In this document: piece by piece, positions 9,137 through 18,051 of the stretch
Layout: every line of letters begins with the position of its first letter
Numbering within the stretch: position 1 is the stretch's first letter
Origin: Candidatus Nanohaloarchaea archaeon
GTDB lineage: Archaea > Nanohalarchaeota > Nanosalinia > Nanosalinales > Nanosalinaceae
Length of the DNA stretch: 64,000 bases
Assembly: GCA_014297435.1 (NCBI GenBank)
Contig: JACOQA010000001.1
Span: 128,001-192,000 of the forward strand
Direction of reading: 5' to 3'
The notes under the pieces: generated by a model
Told to the model about the DNA's origin: nothing
What the model saw: the letters and a program-made list of their open reading frames with translations, nothing else
Database searches by the model: none
Program-made: the position numbers and the translations under genes

Positions 9137-9478
9137 ATAAGACACCCGAGAAAATTTCACAGGCTGGAAAGCCGCACAGTCCGAATTACTGTACTATTGA
9201 ATGATTCCGGGTTCAGATTTAAATAGGTATTCCGACTCAGGAAACCACTTTTTATAAGATTTCCAGGTTGAAATTCAGATTATGAGTCAGGCAATCAAGG
9301 GTGGACGCTTTATCGTCCGGAAAACTGCATTCTATAAATAGGTCTGACTACAAATTAACTGAAGTTTTCTCAACTATTGTATCTGTCTCAATTATCTCTA
9401 TTATCTTCATTATTTCGTAGAACCGGCTTCTCTCCAGTAAAACGGCGGGAAGCCCCTTTTCTTTGATGTGATCTACAA

Positions 9479-9970
9479 ATGCAAACACGAGCACTACCCA
9501 ACACAGATGAGCACGAAGAGGAAAACCAGAAACAAATCCACAGCTATGATCCGGAGAATAACTGGGAAAGATTTGACCCATCAGAGTCTTGGGTGTCCAA
9601 CGAGGATCTTTCTACAGCCGCCGAATACCTTGACTCGATGGAAGCCGGTGTTAAACCTCACGAAGTCTTCCAGAAAGGCGATTATGTGAGACTCGAGAGG
9701 GCTGGTGAAAGAGTTGTAGAAGGAGAGCTCCACGCTGTTGTAGAAGAGATGGGGTCGGACCGGTACTTCCTTGAGATCGATACTTCTGAAACCTTGAATA
9801 GTGGACTGAACCGTGAAAGTTATGTGATACCTTTCAAGCTTGAAGCTTCCGACTTCGATATCTCGAACGATTCAAGGACGGAGGTCTACCTGAACGGTTC
9901 TGAAAGTGAGGTTGCGAGGCTGGAGCCCGGTCTGGAAAACGGTATGGATTCCGACGTCTATACCGGTTAG
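9479..9970 (+). CDS. Hypothetical acidic protein
   Basis: 163 aa acidic ORF followed by T-tract; no family recognised. Confidence 0.65.
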   Translation: MQTRALPNTDEHEEENQKQIHSYDPENNWERFDPSESWVSNEDLSTAAEYLDSMEAGVKPHEVFQKGDYVRLERAGERVVEGELHAVVEEMGSDRYFLEIDTSETLNSGLNRESYVIPFKLEASDFDISNDSRTEVYLNGSESEVARLEPGLENGMDSDVYTG

Positions 9971-10018
9971 AAACTAAAGCCTTCTCCCCTCAATTCTTTT
10001 TTGTAGAGGAATTAAAGA

Positions 10019-11134
10019 ATGACGAGTTTCAAGGATCTAGGTTTAAAGAAGAATATTGTTGAGAACTTGAAGTCGGAAGGGATAACCGAGCCGACAGAAG
10101 TACAGGAAAAGTCGATACCGAAAGTTTTCGAAGGAAAAGACCTCCTGGTAGAATCCGAGACAGGTTCCGGGAAAACCTTCGCCTTCTCACTTCCAATAAT
10201 CAACTCAGTTAAAGGCGACGAGACCAAGGCACTGGTTCTATCGCCTACTAGAGAGCTGGCAAAACAGATAACAGCCGAGTTGGAGAAAGCTGCTGACAAG
10301 GCAGAAATCGTTACAATTTATGGGGGAGTAAGTTATGAACCTCAGATAGAAGGCGCAAAAACAGCAAACATTATTGCTGGAACCCCTGGCAGAGTGCTAG
10401 ACCTTCTTAAACAGGGGAAGATCGAACTGGAGGAACTGGAATACTTTATTCTGGACGAGGCCGATCGGATGCTTGACATGGGCTTCCAGGATGAGTTAGA
10501 ACAGATAATAAGCTTCATTCCCGAAGAACGCCAGAATCTTTTGTTCGGTGCAACTATTCCGAGAGAGTTGAAGAAGATGTGCGATCGTTACGATATCGAT
10601 CCGGAAACTATCCGGATCAAGGCATCAAGACATACAAGAAACCTTGATGAGAAATACATCGATGCCGATAGCAATAGGAAGCTATCCACACTCTACACTT
10701 TGTTAGAGGAAAGAGAACGCGATCTATCAATTGTTTTCTGCAGAACGAAGAACACTACTCGTTGGCTTGCGGACAAGCTAAGAACGAACGGTATTGAGGC
10801 ACAGGAGCTTAACGGCGATATGTCCCAGCATCAGAGAGAAGAGACTGTTGACCGTTTCGAGGATAAAGAGTTCCGTGTAATTGTTGCGACCGATGTTGCC
10901 GCTCGAGGGCTTGACATAGAAAACGTAACCCATGTCTTCAACTACGATGTTCCTGACACTCCTGATACCTACACGCACAGGGTTGGAAGGGCAGGTAGAC
11001 AGGGTGCTGAAGGTGAAGCAGTCACACTTCTTGAGAACGATGATCACCGGAAGTTCAGACAGATCAAGAGAAAGAAAGATGGTATATCGAGGATAGATCG
11101 AGATGAACTTGATCTGAAGAGGGTGAAAACTTGA
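10019..11134 (+). CDS. DEAD-box RNA helicase
   Basis: Q motif, ETGSGKT, PTRELA, TPGRV, DEAD, ARGLD, HRVGRAGR. Confidence 0.97.
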   Translation: MTSFKDLGLKKNIVENLKSEGITEPTEVQEKSIPKVFEGKDLLVESETGSGKTFAFSLPIINSVKGDETKALVLSPTRELAKQITAELEKAADKAEIVTIYGGVSYEPQIEGAKTANIIAGTPGRVLDLLKQGKIELEELEYFILDEADRMLDMGFQDELEQIISFIPEERQNLLFGATIPRELKKMCDRYDIDPETIRIKASRHTRNLDEKYIDADSNRKLSTLYTLLEERERDLSIVFCRTKNTTRWLADKLRTNGIEAQELNGDMSQHQREETVDRFEDKEFRVIVATDVAARGLDIENVTHVFNYDVPDTPDTYTHRVGRAGRQGAEGEAVTLLENDDHRKFRQIKRKKDGISRIDRDELDLKRVKT

Positions 11135-11212
11135 ACAAGTTTGTCAGACCAACTCTTCCTATTTAAAGGTCGGGCTTCAATCTTTGGATATTCAAGGAGG
11201 TGTTTGAGTTTT

Positions 11213-11404
11213 ATGCAAGGTACAGTTAAGTTCTTCCACGACCAGAAGAAGTACGGCTTCATCGAGTCGGAAGAGACTGACGACGACGTATTCTTCCACA
11301 TCAGCGAGCTTGATGTTGAAGAAGTAGAGGAAGGAGCTGACGTCGAGTTTGAGCAGGAAGAAGGAGACAAAGGTCCACAGGCTGTCAACGTTGAACTGGT
11401 TTAA
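11213..11404 (+). CDS. Cold-shock domain protein
   Basis: MQGTVKFF, KYGFI, DVFFHIS, GDKGPQAVNV; GGAGG upstream. Confidence 0.96.
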   Translation: MQGTVKFFHDQKKYGFIESEETDDDVFFHISELDVEEVEEGADVEFEQEEGDKGPQAVNVELV

Positions 11405-11584
11405 TCCAGTTTGTTGATCAGCGTTTCTTCACACAAACTTTTTCTTTATAATTTTGAGATTATGGAAATCCCTCCGTTAATCGTTACCTATTTAACGATT
11501 CTAGATATTAAGACAGGTTATGAGTCAGGGCGTATCCAAAGAAAGTTTTGCTGAGTTTGACGCCCTCTATATGTATTATTTCTA

Positions 11585-11938
11585 TTGAAGTACATCCCTC
11601 GCTATTTCAAGAGGGCTTTTAACTGGAAAGGTGCTTCTAACATGGAACAAAAAGTACAAGGCAACGCCACGCAACTCCAAAAACCGGGTAGGAAACCATC
11701 AGAAGAATTACAGCAACACTATGAACGTCTCAAAGAAAACCACGGAATCCCTCACTTTATATCGGACGTTGATAGCCGGGACGTACCCAGAATTGTTGGA
11801 ATGTTCGACAACGAATACGTGAAGTACTACGGCAAGTATGTCGACGAAGAAGCATTCTCAGAGTTCATACAAGCTATGGGAATAGAAGACGTAAAACCGG
11901 ATGGAGGACACGAAAACGAGACAGTTGTCAGGCTTTGA
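11585..11938 (+). CDS. Hypothetical protein, possibly frameshifted from upstream ATG 11520
   Basis: 117 aa ORF with TTG start; short ORF MSQGVSKESFAEFDALYMYYFY* overlaps its start in another frame. Confidence 0.5.
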   Translation: MKYIPRYFKRAFNWKGASNMEQKVQGNATQLQKPGRKPSEELQQHYERLKENHGIPHFISDVDSRDVPRIVGMFDNEYVKYYGKYVDEEAFSEFIQAMGIEDVKPDGGHENETVVRL

Positions 11939-11948
11939 GGTGAGAATA

Positions 11949-13016
11949 ATGCAGGAGAAAGAAGAAATAATCGAGGTTACACAGGATCTGGTGGAGTTCA
12001 AAACCGTTAAAGGAAACGATGAAGAGTTTGAGAAGGCGTTTGAATACGTCAAGAACTACTTCGAAAATCAGGGTTTAGAACTTTTTGAGCATGAGGAGAA
12101 CGACCATAGAACGATTGTAATAGCAACTGATGAAAACCCTGATCTCATGCTTCATGGCCATGTAGATGTAGTAGGTGCTGAAGATTCCATGTTCCAGCCT
12201 CGAACTGAGGAAGGAAAGCTTTACGGAAGAGGAAGTGCTGACATGAAACTTGGTCTTGCCTGTTTGATGAAGCTGATGAAAGAGATCGATCATGAGAGAT
12301 CTGTAGGACTGATGATTGTCTCAGACGAAGAGATTGGAGGTTTTGATGGTGCCGGAAACATTATGGAGAACGATGTCTACACTCCAGAATTCGCTGTTAG
12401 TGCAGAGCCGGAGAGTTCAGGTTCTTGGACCATAACCGTCGAGCAAAAGGGAGTTGTTAGAGCGATCGCGTCCTCCACAGGAAAGAACGCTCACGGTTCA
12501 AAGCCGTGGAAAGGAGAAAACGCTGCGGAAATGCTTTTCGAGAAGTTCCAGGAATTGAAGAAAAACTTTGAAGGCTCTGAGAGTACTTGGAGTTCAACGG
12601 TCAATCTCGGAAGCTTCGAGTCAGGTGAAACATTTAACGTGGTTCCGGACAGGGCGGAAGCAAGGCTCGATATCAGGTGGACCAAAGACTATCCTCCTGA
12701 AGAGATAAAGAAGGATGCGGAATCGATAGAGGGTCTGGAGTACGAGGAGCTTACAGTCGACCCTATGCTATACACCGAAAAAGATGATGAAATGGTTGAA
12801 ACCCTCAAGTCGATCGTAAATGAAACCATGAAAGAGAAGGTTTCTATAGGGAGGTGGGAGGCAGCCAGCGACATGAGGCATTTCTCCGACAGAGGGATAC
12901 CTTCCGTTGTATTCGGTCCGAAAGGACATAATATACACGAGGACGAGGAATACGCCGATCTTTCATCAGTGGAGAAATACTACCAGACTATGGAAAGGTT
13001 TGCCGGGGAGTTCTAG
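11949..13016 (+). CDS. M20 family metallopeptidase (ArgE/DapE-like)
   Basis: HGHVDVV, GRGSADMK, DEEIGG, AEP, HGSKPWKG, NVVPD, IHEDEEY. Confidence 0.93.
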   Translation: MQEKEEIIEVTQDLVEFKTVKGNDEEFEKAFEYVKNYFENQGLELFEHEENDHRTIVIATDENPDLMLHGHVDVVGAEDSMFQPRTEEGKLYGRGSADMKLGLACLMKLMKEIDHERSVGLMIVSDEEIGGFDGAGNIMENDVYTPEFAVSAEPESSGSWTITVEQKGVVRAIASSTGKNAHGSKPWKGENAAEMLFEKFQELKKNFEGSESTWSSTVNLGSFESGETFNVVPDRAEARLDIRWTKDYPPEEIKKDAESIEGLEYEELTVDPMLYTEKDDEMVETLKSIVNETMKEKVSIGRWEAASDMRHFSDRGIPSVVFGPKGHNIHEDEEYADLSSVEKYYQTMERFAGEF

Positions 13017-14284
13017 TTCTGGAACTTCTCGGCTCTATCCCTTACTTCTTCCACGAGGTTGTTCTCATGGATCTCGACTGACTTACCTTCTTCAACAACT
13101 AGGTCTCCATCGACGAGAACTTCGGAGACGTTTCCGTTAAACGAGTAAACCAGGTTCGAGATCAAACCGTCTTTACCGAAACGCGGATTCATCGAAATCT
13201 TATCGACATCAATCATCGCGAGATCGGCTTTCTTTCCTTCCTCGATCGATCCTATCTCGTCTTCCATACCTAACGCTTTGGCTCCATTTATCGTCGCCAT
13301 GTCAAGAACGTCCTGTTCTGTTAGTTTGGAGGGATCATCTCTCTTGTGTAAGAGACCTGTGAGTTTCATCTCCTGAAACAGGTTTAGTGAGTTGTTGGAG
13401 GCTGCGCCATCAGTTCCCAGCGCAACGTTGATCCCGTTTTCCATCATCGAATTGATGTCGGCGATCCCTGATCCAAGCTTCAGGTTTGCAGCTGGGTTAT
13501 GCGCAACGGTCGCATTATTCTCTTCCATAATCTTCCTGTCCCTGTTTGTCAACCATGTAGAATGGGCTGCAATCAGATCCTCGTCCACCATTCCATGGTT
13601 CTTCAGGTACTCTACAGGGGTCATTCCGTGTTCTTCGAGTGCATCGCTGTTTTCCTGCATCGTTTCTGAAACATGGATATGGAACGGAACGTCGTGAAGC
13701 TTCGAGTAATTTTTCGCATATCTTAGAAGTTCGTTGGAACAAGTGTAGATCGAGTGCGGTGCGATACCGGGAACTATTCTGTTCTCATCGCGGTAACGGT
13801 CTAGGAAGTTGACAGCGTTTCGAAGCTCTTCCTCCGTATCTTCTTCTATATCGATCATTCCGACCGAAAGCATCGCTCTGATACCTGAATCTTTCACTGC
13901 TTCGGCCACAGAGTCCATGTGGAAGTACATGTCGTTGAAAGTTGTTGTGCCTGATTTCAGCATCTCAACGGATCCAAGTAAAGCACCTATGTATGCATCC
14001 TGCTCATCTAGCTTTTCCTCTGCAGGAAAGATGTCCTCGTTCAACCATCTCTCCAGTTCTTTGTTATCGGAGATCCCTCTCAACAAGGTCATCGATGCAT
14101 GTGTATGCGCATTTATCAGTCCAGGTATAACGATACGATCGGAGCTATCGACCTTTCGATCATCGTAATCAAGACTTCCTCCGATCTCAACGATTCTATC
14201 ATCTTTTATCCTGAGATCAACATATTCAAGGACTTCGCGGTTCTCGTTCTGCGTTACCAGATAACGGATGTTTTGAAGAATCAC
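13013..14284 (-). CDS. Amidohydrolase, MTA/SAH deaminase-like
   Basis: PGLINAHTH, GTTTFNDMY, PHSIY, HIHVSET, LGTDGAASNN, GKKADL. Confidence 0.9.
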   Translation of the reverse strand: MILQNIRYLVTQNENREVLEYVDLRIKDDRIVEIGGSLDYDDRKVDSSDRIVIPGLINAHTHASMTLLRGISDNKELERWLNEDIFPAEEKLDEQDAYIGALLGSVEMLKSGTTTFNDMYFHMDSVAEAVKDSGIRAMLSVGMIDIEEDTEEELRNAVNFLDRYRDENRIVPGIAPHSIYTCSNELLRYAKNYSKLHDVPFHIHVSETMQENSDALEEHGMTPVEYLKNHGMVDEDLIAAHSTWLTNRDRKIMEENNATVAHNPAANLKLGSGIADINSMMENGINVALGTDGAASNNSLNLFQEMKLTGLLHKRDDPSKLTEQDVLDMATINGAKALGMEDEIGSIEEGKKADLAMIDVDKISMNPRFGKDGLISNLVYSFNGNVSEVLVDGDLVVEEGKSVEIHENNLVEEVRDRAEKFQN

Positions 14285-14322
14285 ACCGTTATTATTGAAG
14301 AATGAATGTTAAATAGAGAAAG

Positions 14323-14571
14323 TTAAGTAGGGCCTTTAGAAAGCAAAGCCTCCTTTATAGAGAACGATTTATCTCTCCTCGACAGAATAATGATTCCTAG
14401 TATGAAGACGATTATTCCGATGAATACTGCCGTTCCCTCAAGTTCCGGTAGGTCGAAAAACAGGTCTCCGACAACCAAAAAGAATCCTATAATGGTTAGG
14501 CCTTCCGCCAACCTGCTAGAAACATCTCCTAGCCCCACAAAGTCTAGGAGAAAGTCTAACGCACCGTCCAT
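14323..14571 (-). CDS. Small two-helix membrane protein
   Basis: Two hydrophobic stretches, basic tail. Confidence 0.6.
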   Translation of the reverse strand: MDGALDFLLDFVGLGDVSSRLAEGLTIIGFFLVVGDLFFDLPELEGTAVFIGIIVFILGIIILSRRDKSFSIKEALLSKGPT

Positions 14572-14653
14572 GCTGGAAACTCAAATCATCCTTGATTATA
14601 CTTTTTATGGAGAGACCGGAACTTCCTTTAGAACCGAGCCATACAAATGGAAT

Positions 14654-15217
14654 GTGAATCAAAAAAAATTTCTGGAAATCGAATGCAGCAAACTTCCCGG
14701 AATCTTGACAGAGGACTACATTAAAGCGTTGAATGCCTTGGTGACTGAGCCTCCAAGCAAGAACGGGAAAACCGTGGAGCCGAACACCGTAGAAAAGGTT
14801 TCAGTAGGATCTATGGAAGAGTTCGAGTTCGGTAGAGAAGAAGACTACCACCAGTTAAGACCGGACGGGGAAGGAATAATTCAAAGTCTGGTTCAGACAA
14901 TTCTTCCTTACAAATGCAAGGAAAGAAACGATGCTTTGTGGTTAACCGCTGTAATTATGAATCATGTGGCGGAGAATCAGGCTTTCGGAGAGGGTAACAA
15001 GAGAACAGCATACCTTTCCGGCACACTTTTCTGGATCTGGGCGCAATACGAAGCCGATCTAAGCCAAGGTGTCTACGTAGATCTTACAGTCGATTTCACG
15101 GATCTTCTTTCCGAAGTTGCTATCGATGAAAAAGGCGCTGAAGATATCTATCGTTACCTGAGAAATATTCTTTCGAAAGAAACTAATGTGGAAACTTTCA
15201 ACCAGCTTAAAAACTAG
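14654..15217 (+). CDS. Fic/Doc family protein with variant motif; start uncertain
   Basis: QAFGEGNKRTA versus Doc HxFxDGNKRTA; N-terminal ILTEDYIKALN; the ORF-track start overlaps the opposite-strand gene. Confidence 0.8.
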   Translation: MNQKKFLEIECSKLPGILTEDYIKALNALVTEPPSKNGKTVEPNTVEKVSVGSMEEFEFGREEDYHQLRPDGEGIIQSLVQTILPYKCKERNDALWLTAVIMNHVAENQAFGEGNKRTAYLSGTLFWIWAQYEADLSQGVYVDLTVDFTDLLSEVAIDEKGAEDIYRYLRNILSKETNVETFNQLKN

Positions 15218-15405
15218 AACTCTACCCTGCTTGCCTTTTTCTCCTTGTCTAGGAGTTTTCTGTAGATATTTCTGGCTTTCTGGATAAGTCTGTGCTGGCG
15301 TTTCTCCTTCGCGGACTCTTCCGAAGCCAGTCTTTCAAGGCCTTCCTCGTTGTCCTCGATAACTTTCTCGGCCCATTCCTTTTCCTTATCCTCCAGATCC
15401 GACAT
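15214..15405 (-). CDS. Small protein, candidate Doc antidote
   Basis: AEKVIEDNEEGLERLA resembles the toxin-binding helix of Doc-partner antidotes; 4-bp overlap with the Fic stop. Confidence 0.5.
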   Translation of the reverse strand: MSDLEDKEKEWAEKVIEDNEEGLERLASEESAKEKRQHRLIQKARNIYRKLLDKEKKASRVEF

Positions 15406-15459
15406 AGGAAGCAATTAGCTCTGAATCATTAAAAGAAGATGTGGAAGAAGCAGAAAGGT

Positions 15460-16935
15460 TTAGTAGTTCTTCGCGAAGTAAGCCCACGTAACCGCTTCCT
15501 CACCGCAGACAGCGCATTCCCCGCCCAACTCCTCTTCCTCTGAACGGATTCCTGAGGGCACAGAATCCTCCTGGAACGGAAGAACAACGATCTCCGCCGA
15601 TACTTGGTCCTTCACCTCGGCTTCACATTCCTCGTTGCCACACCAGCGACACTTGACATAGCCACGGTTCTTTCCAATAGTCCCGAGAATCTCGTTCTTA
15701 GACTCAGCCTCCCTGATGTTGTCATGAAGGTATTCTTCCAGTTCATCGTACATCGATTCCTGGATATCATCCATCAAGTCTTCCAGTTTATCGCTGATCT
15801 CGGATCTTTTGATACCCATCTGTTTCTCTCCGTTATCCCTTCTTACAGAGGTAACGGTCTCGTCCTCCATCTCGTTCGGACCGACTTCGAGTCTTACAGG
15901 AACTCCTTTCAGCTCCCAGTGGTTGAACTTGAAACCAGGGCTCTTCGAATCATCATCGTCCAGCTCCACGCGGAAGTTGTCTCCTAATTCTTCCTCTAAT
16001 CCTTCGGCGTACTCAAGCACTTCTTCCTTGTTTTCCTCCTGGTAGATCGGAACTATCACAACCTGTTTAGGTGCAATTCTAGGAGGTAGTCTTAGACCGT
16101 CGTTGTCTCCGTGCGCCATGATCAAAGCGCCAATAGTTCTCGTGGATAGACCCCAGCTTGTGGTGTAACAGACCTGTTCGTCCTCGTTTTCGTCCATGTA
16201 AGTGATATCGAACGCGTCAGCAAAGTGCTGGCCGAGCTGGTGGGAAGTACCTGACTGGATAGATTTGCCGTCAGGCATCAAGGTTTCGATAGTTGTAGTA
16301 TACTTTGCGCCAGGGAACTTGTCGTGCTCAGGCTTGTAACCAAGAATGCTTGGGATCGCTAACAGGTTCTCGATTACTTCCTCGTACTGTTCAAGTCTCA
16401 GCATCGTTTCCTCGTCCGCTCCCTCTTCTGTCTCGTGTGCGGTGTGGCCTTCCTGCCAGAGAAACTCTCTTGTTCTTAGGAAAGGTCTTGTATCGGTTGC
16501 CTCCCATCTTACAACGTTTGCCCACTGATTTAGACGCATAGGCAGGTCTCTGTGACTTCTAATCCAGTCAGACATGAAAGGTGCGATAATCGATTCGGAG
16601 GTAGGTCTTACAGCAAGCCTTTCCTCCAGCTCCTCGTTTCCTCCATGCGTAACCCATGCAACCTCAGGGTCGAAGCCTTCAACAATATCCTCTTCCTTCT
16701 CTAGGTAAGATTCAGGTATGAACAGTGGGAAGTAGGCGTTTCTGACGCCTGTTTCTTTAATTTTTTCATCAAACTCGGATTTTATAGACTCCCAGAGACT
16801 CATTCCCCACGGCTTAATCACCATGCAGCCCTTGACTGGTGCATAATCAGCTAGATCGGCTTTTTTCACAACTTCGGTGTACCATCCGTTAGGATCCTTC
16901 TGCTTGTCGGTCGTAATCCCGAGTTCTTGAGTCAT
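15460..16935 (-). CDS. proS: Proline--tRNA ligase, archaeal/eukaryotic type
   Basis: RPTSES, NQWANVVRWE, FLRTREFLWQEGH, TSWGLSTR, C-terminal Zn site and terminal Y. Confidence 0.98.
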   Translation of the reverse strand: MTQELGITTDKQKDPNGWYTEVVKKADLADYAPVKGCMVIKPWGMSLWESIKSEFDEKIKETGVRNAYFPLFIPESYLEKEEDIVEGFDPEVAWVTHGGNEELEERLAVRPTSESIIAPFMSDWIRSHRDLPMRLNQWANVVRWEATDTRPFLRTREFLWQEGHTAHETEEGADEETMLRLEQYEEVIENLLAIPSILGYKPEHDKFPGAKYTTTIETLMPDGKSIQSGTSHQLGQHFADAFDITYMDENEDEQVCYTTSWGLSTRTIGALIMAHGDNDGLRLPPRIAPKQVVIVPIYQEENKEEVLEYAEGLEEELGDNFRVELDDDDSKSPGFKFNHWELKGVPVRLEVGPNEMEDETVTSVRRDNGEKQMGIKRSEISDKLEDLMDDIQESMYDELEEYLHDNIREAESKNEILGTIGKNRGYVKCRWCGNEECEAEVKDQVSAEIVVLPFQEDSVPSGIRSEEEELGGECAVCGEEAVTWAYFAKNY

Positions 16936-17001
16936 ATAGATATTTTCAAGGGAAGAAGTCTTAACTTTGTTTCCAAGAAATAAGAAGAGAAAAATGTGGG
17001 C

Positions 17002-17448
17002 TTACTCGATAGGTTTGAATCTTCCCTTCAGCTCCGTTTCTTCGATAACTTTTCCTTCCATAGATTCCTCGAGTTCATCTCTTGAAGCCCCTTCGTTTAG
17101 GTCTAGTTCGGTGTCTAAGGCGTAGAGGCGGAAGTAGTAGGTGTGCTCGCCGTCAGGAGGGTTAGGCCCCCCATACCCTGTTTCTCGGAAGTCGGTGGTT
17201 CCTTCTGTTCCCGGCGCCTCGTTTTCACCGATCTTCGAAGTATTTGGGTCGATGTTCCAGAGTGTCCAGTGAAGCCAGATCTTCCCGGCGGGCTCCATCG
17301 CATCAGGATCATCCATTATCATTACGAGTGATTCTGCTTCTTCCGGAACCTCGCTTATCTTTAGTTCAGGGTTTACGTTTTCTCTGATATATGAGTGTCT
17401 TTCCGGTATCTCGCCGCTGTCCTCGAACGCTGGAGTGGTTAGTTTCAT
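17002..17448 (-). CDS. YbhB/YbcL (PEBP) family protein
   Basis: DDPDA, WLHW, YGGPNPPDGEHTYYFRLYALD. Confidence 0.95.
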   Translation of the reverse strand: MKLTTPAFEDSGEIPERHSYIRENVNPELKISEVPEEAESLVMIMDDPDAMEPAGKIWLHWTLWNIDPNTSKIGENEAPGTEGTTDFRETGYGGPNPPDGEHTYYFRLYALDTELDLNEGASRDELEESMEGKVIEETELKGRFKPIE

Positions 17449-17549
17449 ACTTCAATATTTAGAAGTCGGACTAAGTTAACCTTGTGGATTTTTTGATACC
17501 TTGAAGAGAAACCTAACATATTTTTAATCTCCACTAAACAACTTAAATT

Positions 17550-17999
17550 GTGTTCCTAGAGAAAGCTAGAGAAAAGATTGTTAGAATCGGGAAGAGATAT
17601 GTTAACCGTTCATTTGGTCTAGGGTTGGCTTTTGGAGTTATTCTTTCCTCTATGATTTTAGTTGCTGGACCAACAGTCCTTGAAGAGTCTAAGATTTCGG
17701 TTCCTGTAACCGTGGTAACATGTGACAATTGCAGTTATGGAAAGTTCCAGAACGCGACAGATAGAATGTTTAACGCAGATTACAACGAAGTAAATTACGA
17801 ATCTGAGAAAGGTCAGGAGCTTACACAGAAATATGAGCTAAACTACGTTCCGGCTTTTATCTTCGACAGAAAGGTGGAGAATGCGGAGGCTTTCAACCGT
17901 GTTAAGCCTACGTTAGTTGAGTTTGAGGATGCATATGTCATTCCTGATGCGGGTGTAAAGGTGGCTCAGAGGCTTTCAGAAGGCATTTCTTTAAAATGA
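17550..17999 (+). CDS. Membrane-anchored thioredoxin-like protein
   Basis: N-terminal TM, CDNC, YELNYVPAFIF cis-Pro strand. Confidence 0.6.
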   Translation: MFLEKAREKIVRIGKRYVNRSFGLGLAFGVILSSMILVAGPTVLEESKISVPVTVVTCDNCSYGKFQNATDRMFNADYNEVNYESEKGQELTQKYELNYVPAFIFDRKVENAEAFNRVKPTLVEFEDAYVIPDAGVKVAQRLSEGISLK

Positions 18000-18051
18000 A
18001 GGTCTGGAAAGCGGTATGGATAAAAGCCTCGTGTTCTCCAAAGTGTTTTAG

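Noticed and set aside
9140-9215. Multi-hairpin region considered as a tRNA
   Set aside because: No TTCGA T-loop in the right place and no 7-bp acceptor stem
14390-14653. Extended N-terminus of the Fic ORF
   Set aside because: Overlaps the opposite-strand membrane gene and has shadow-like composition
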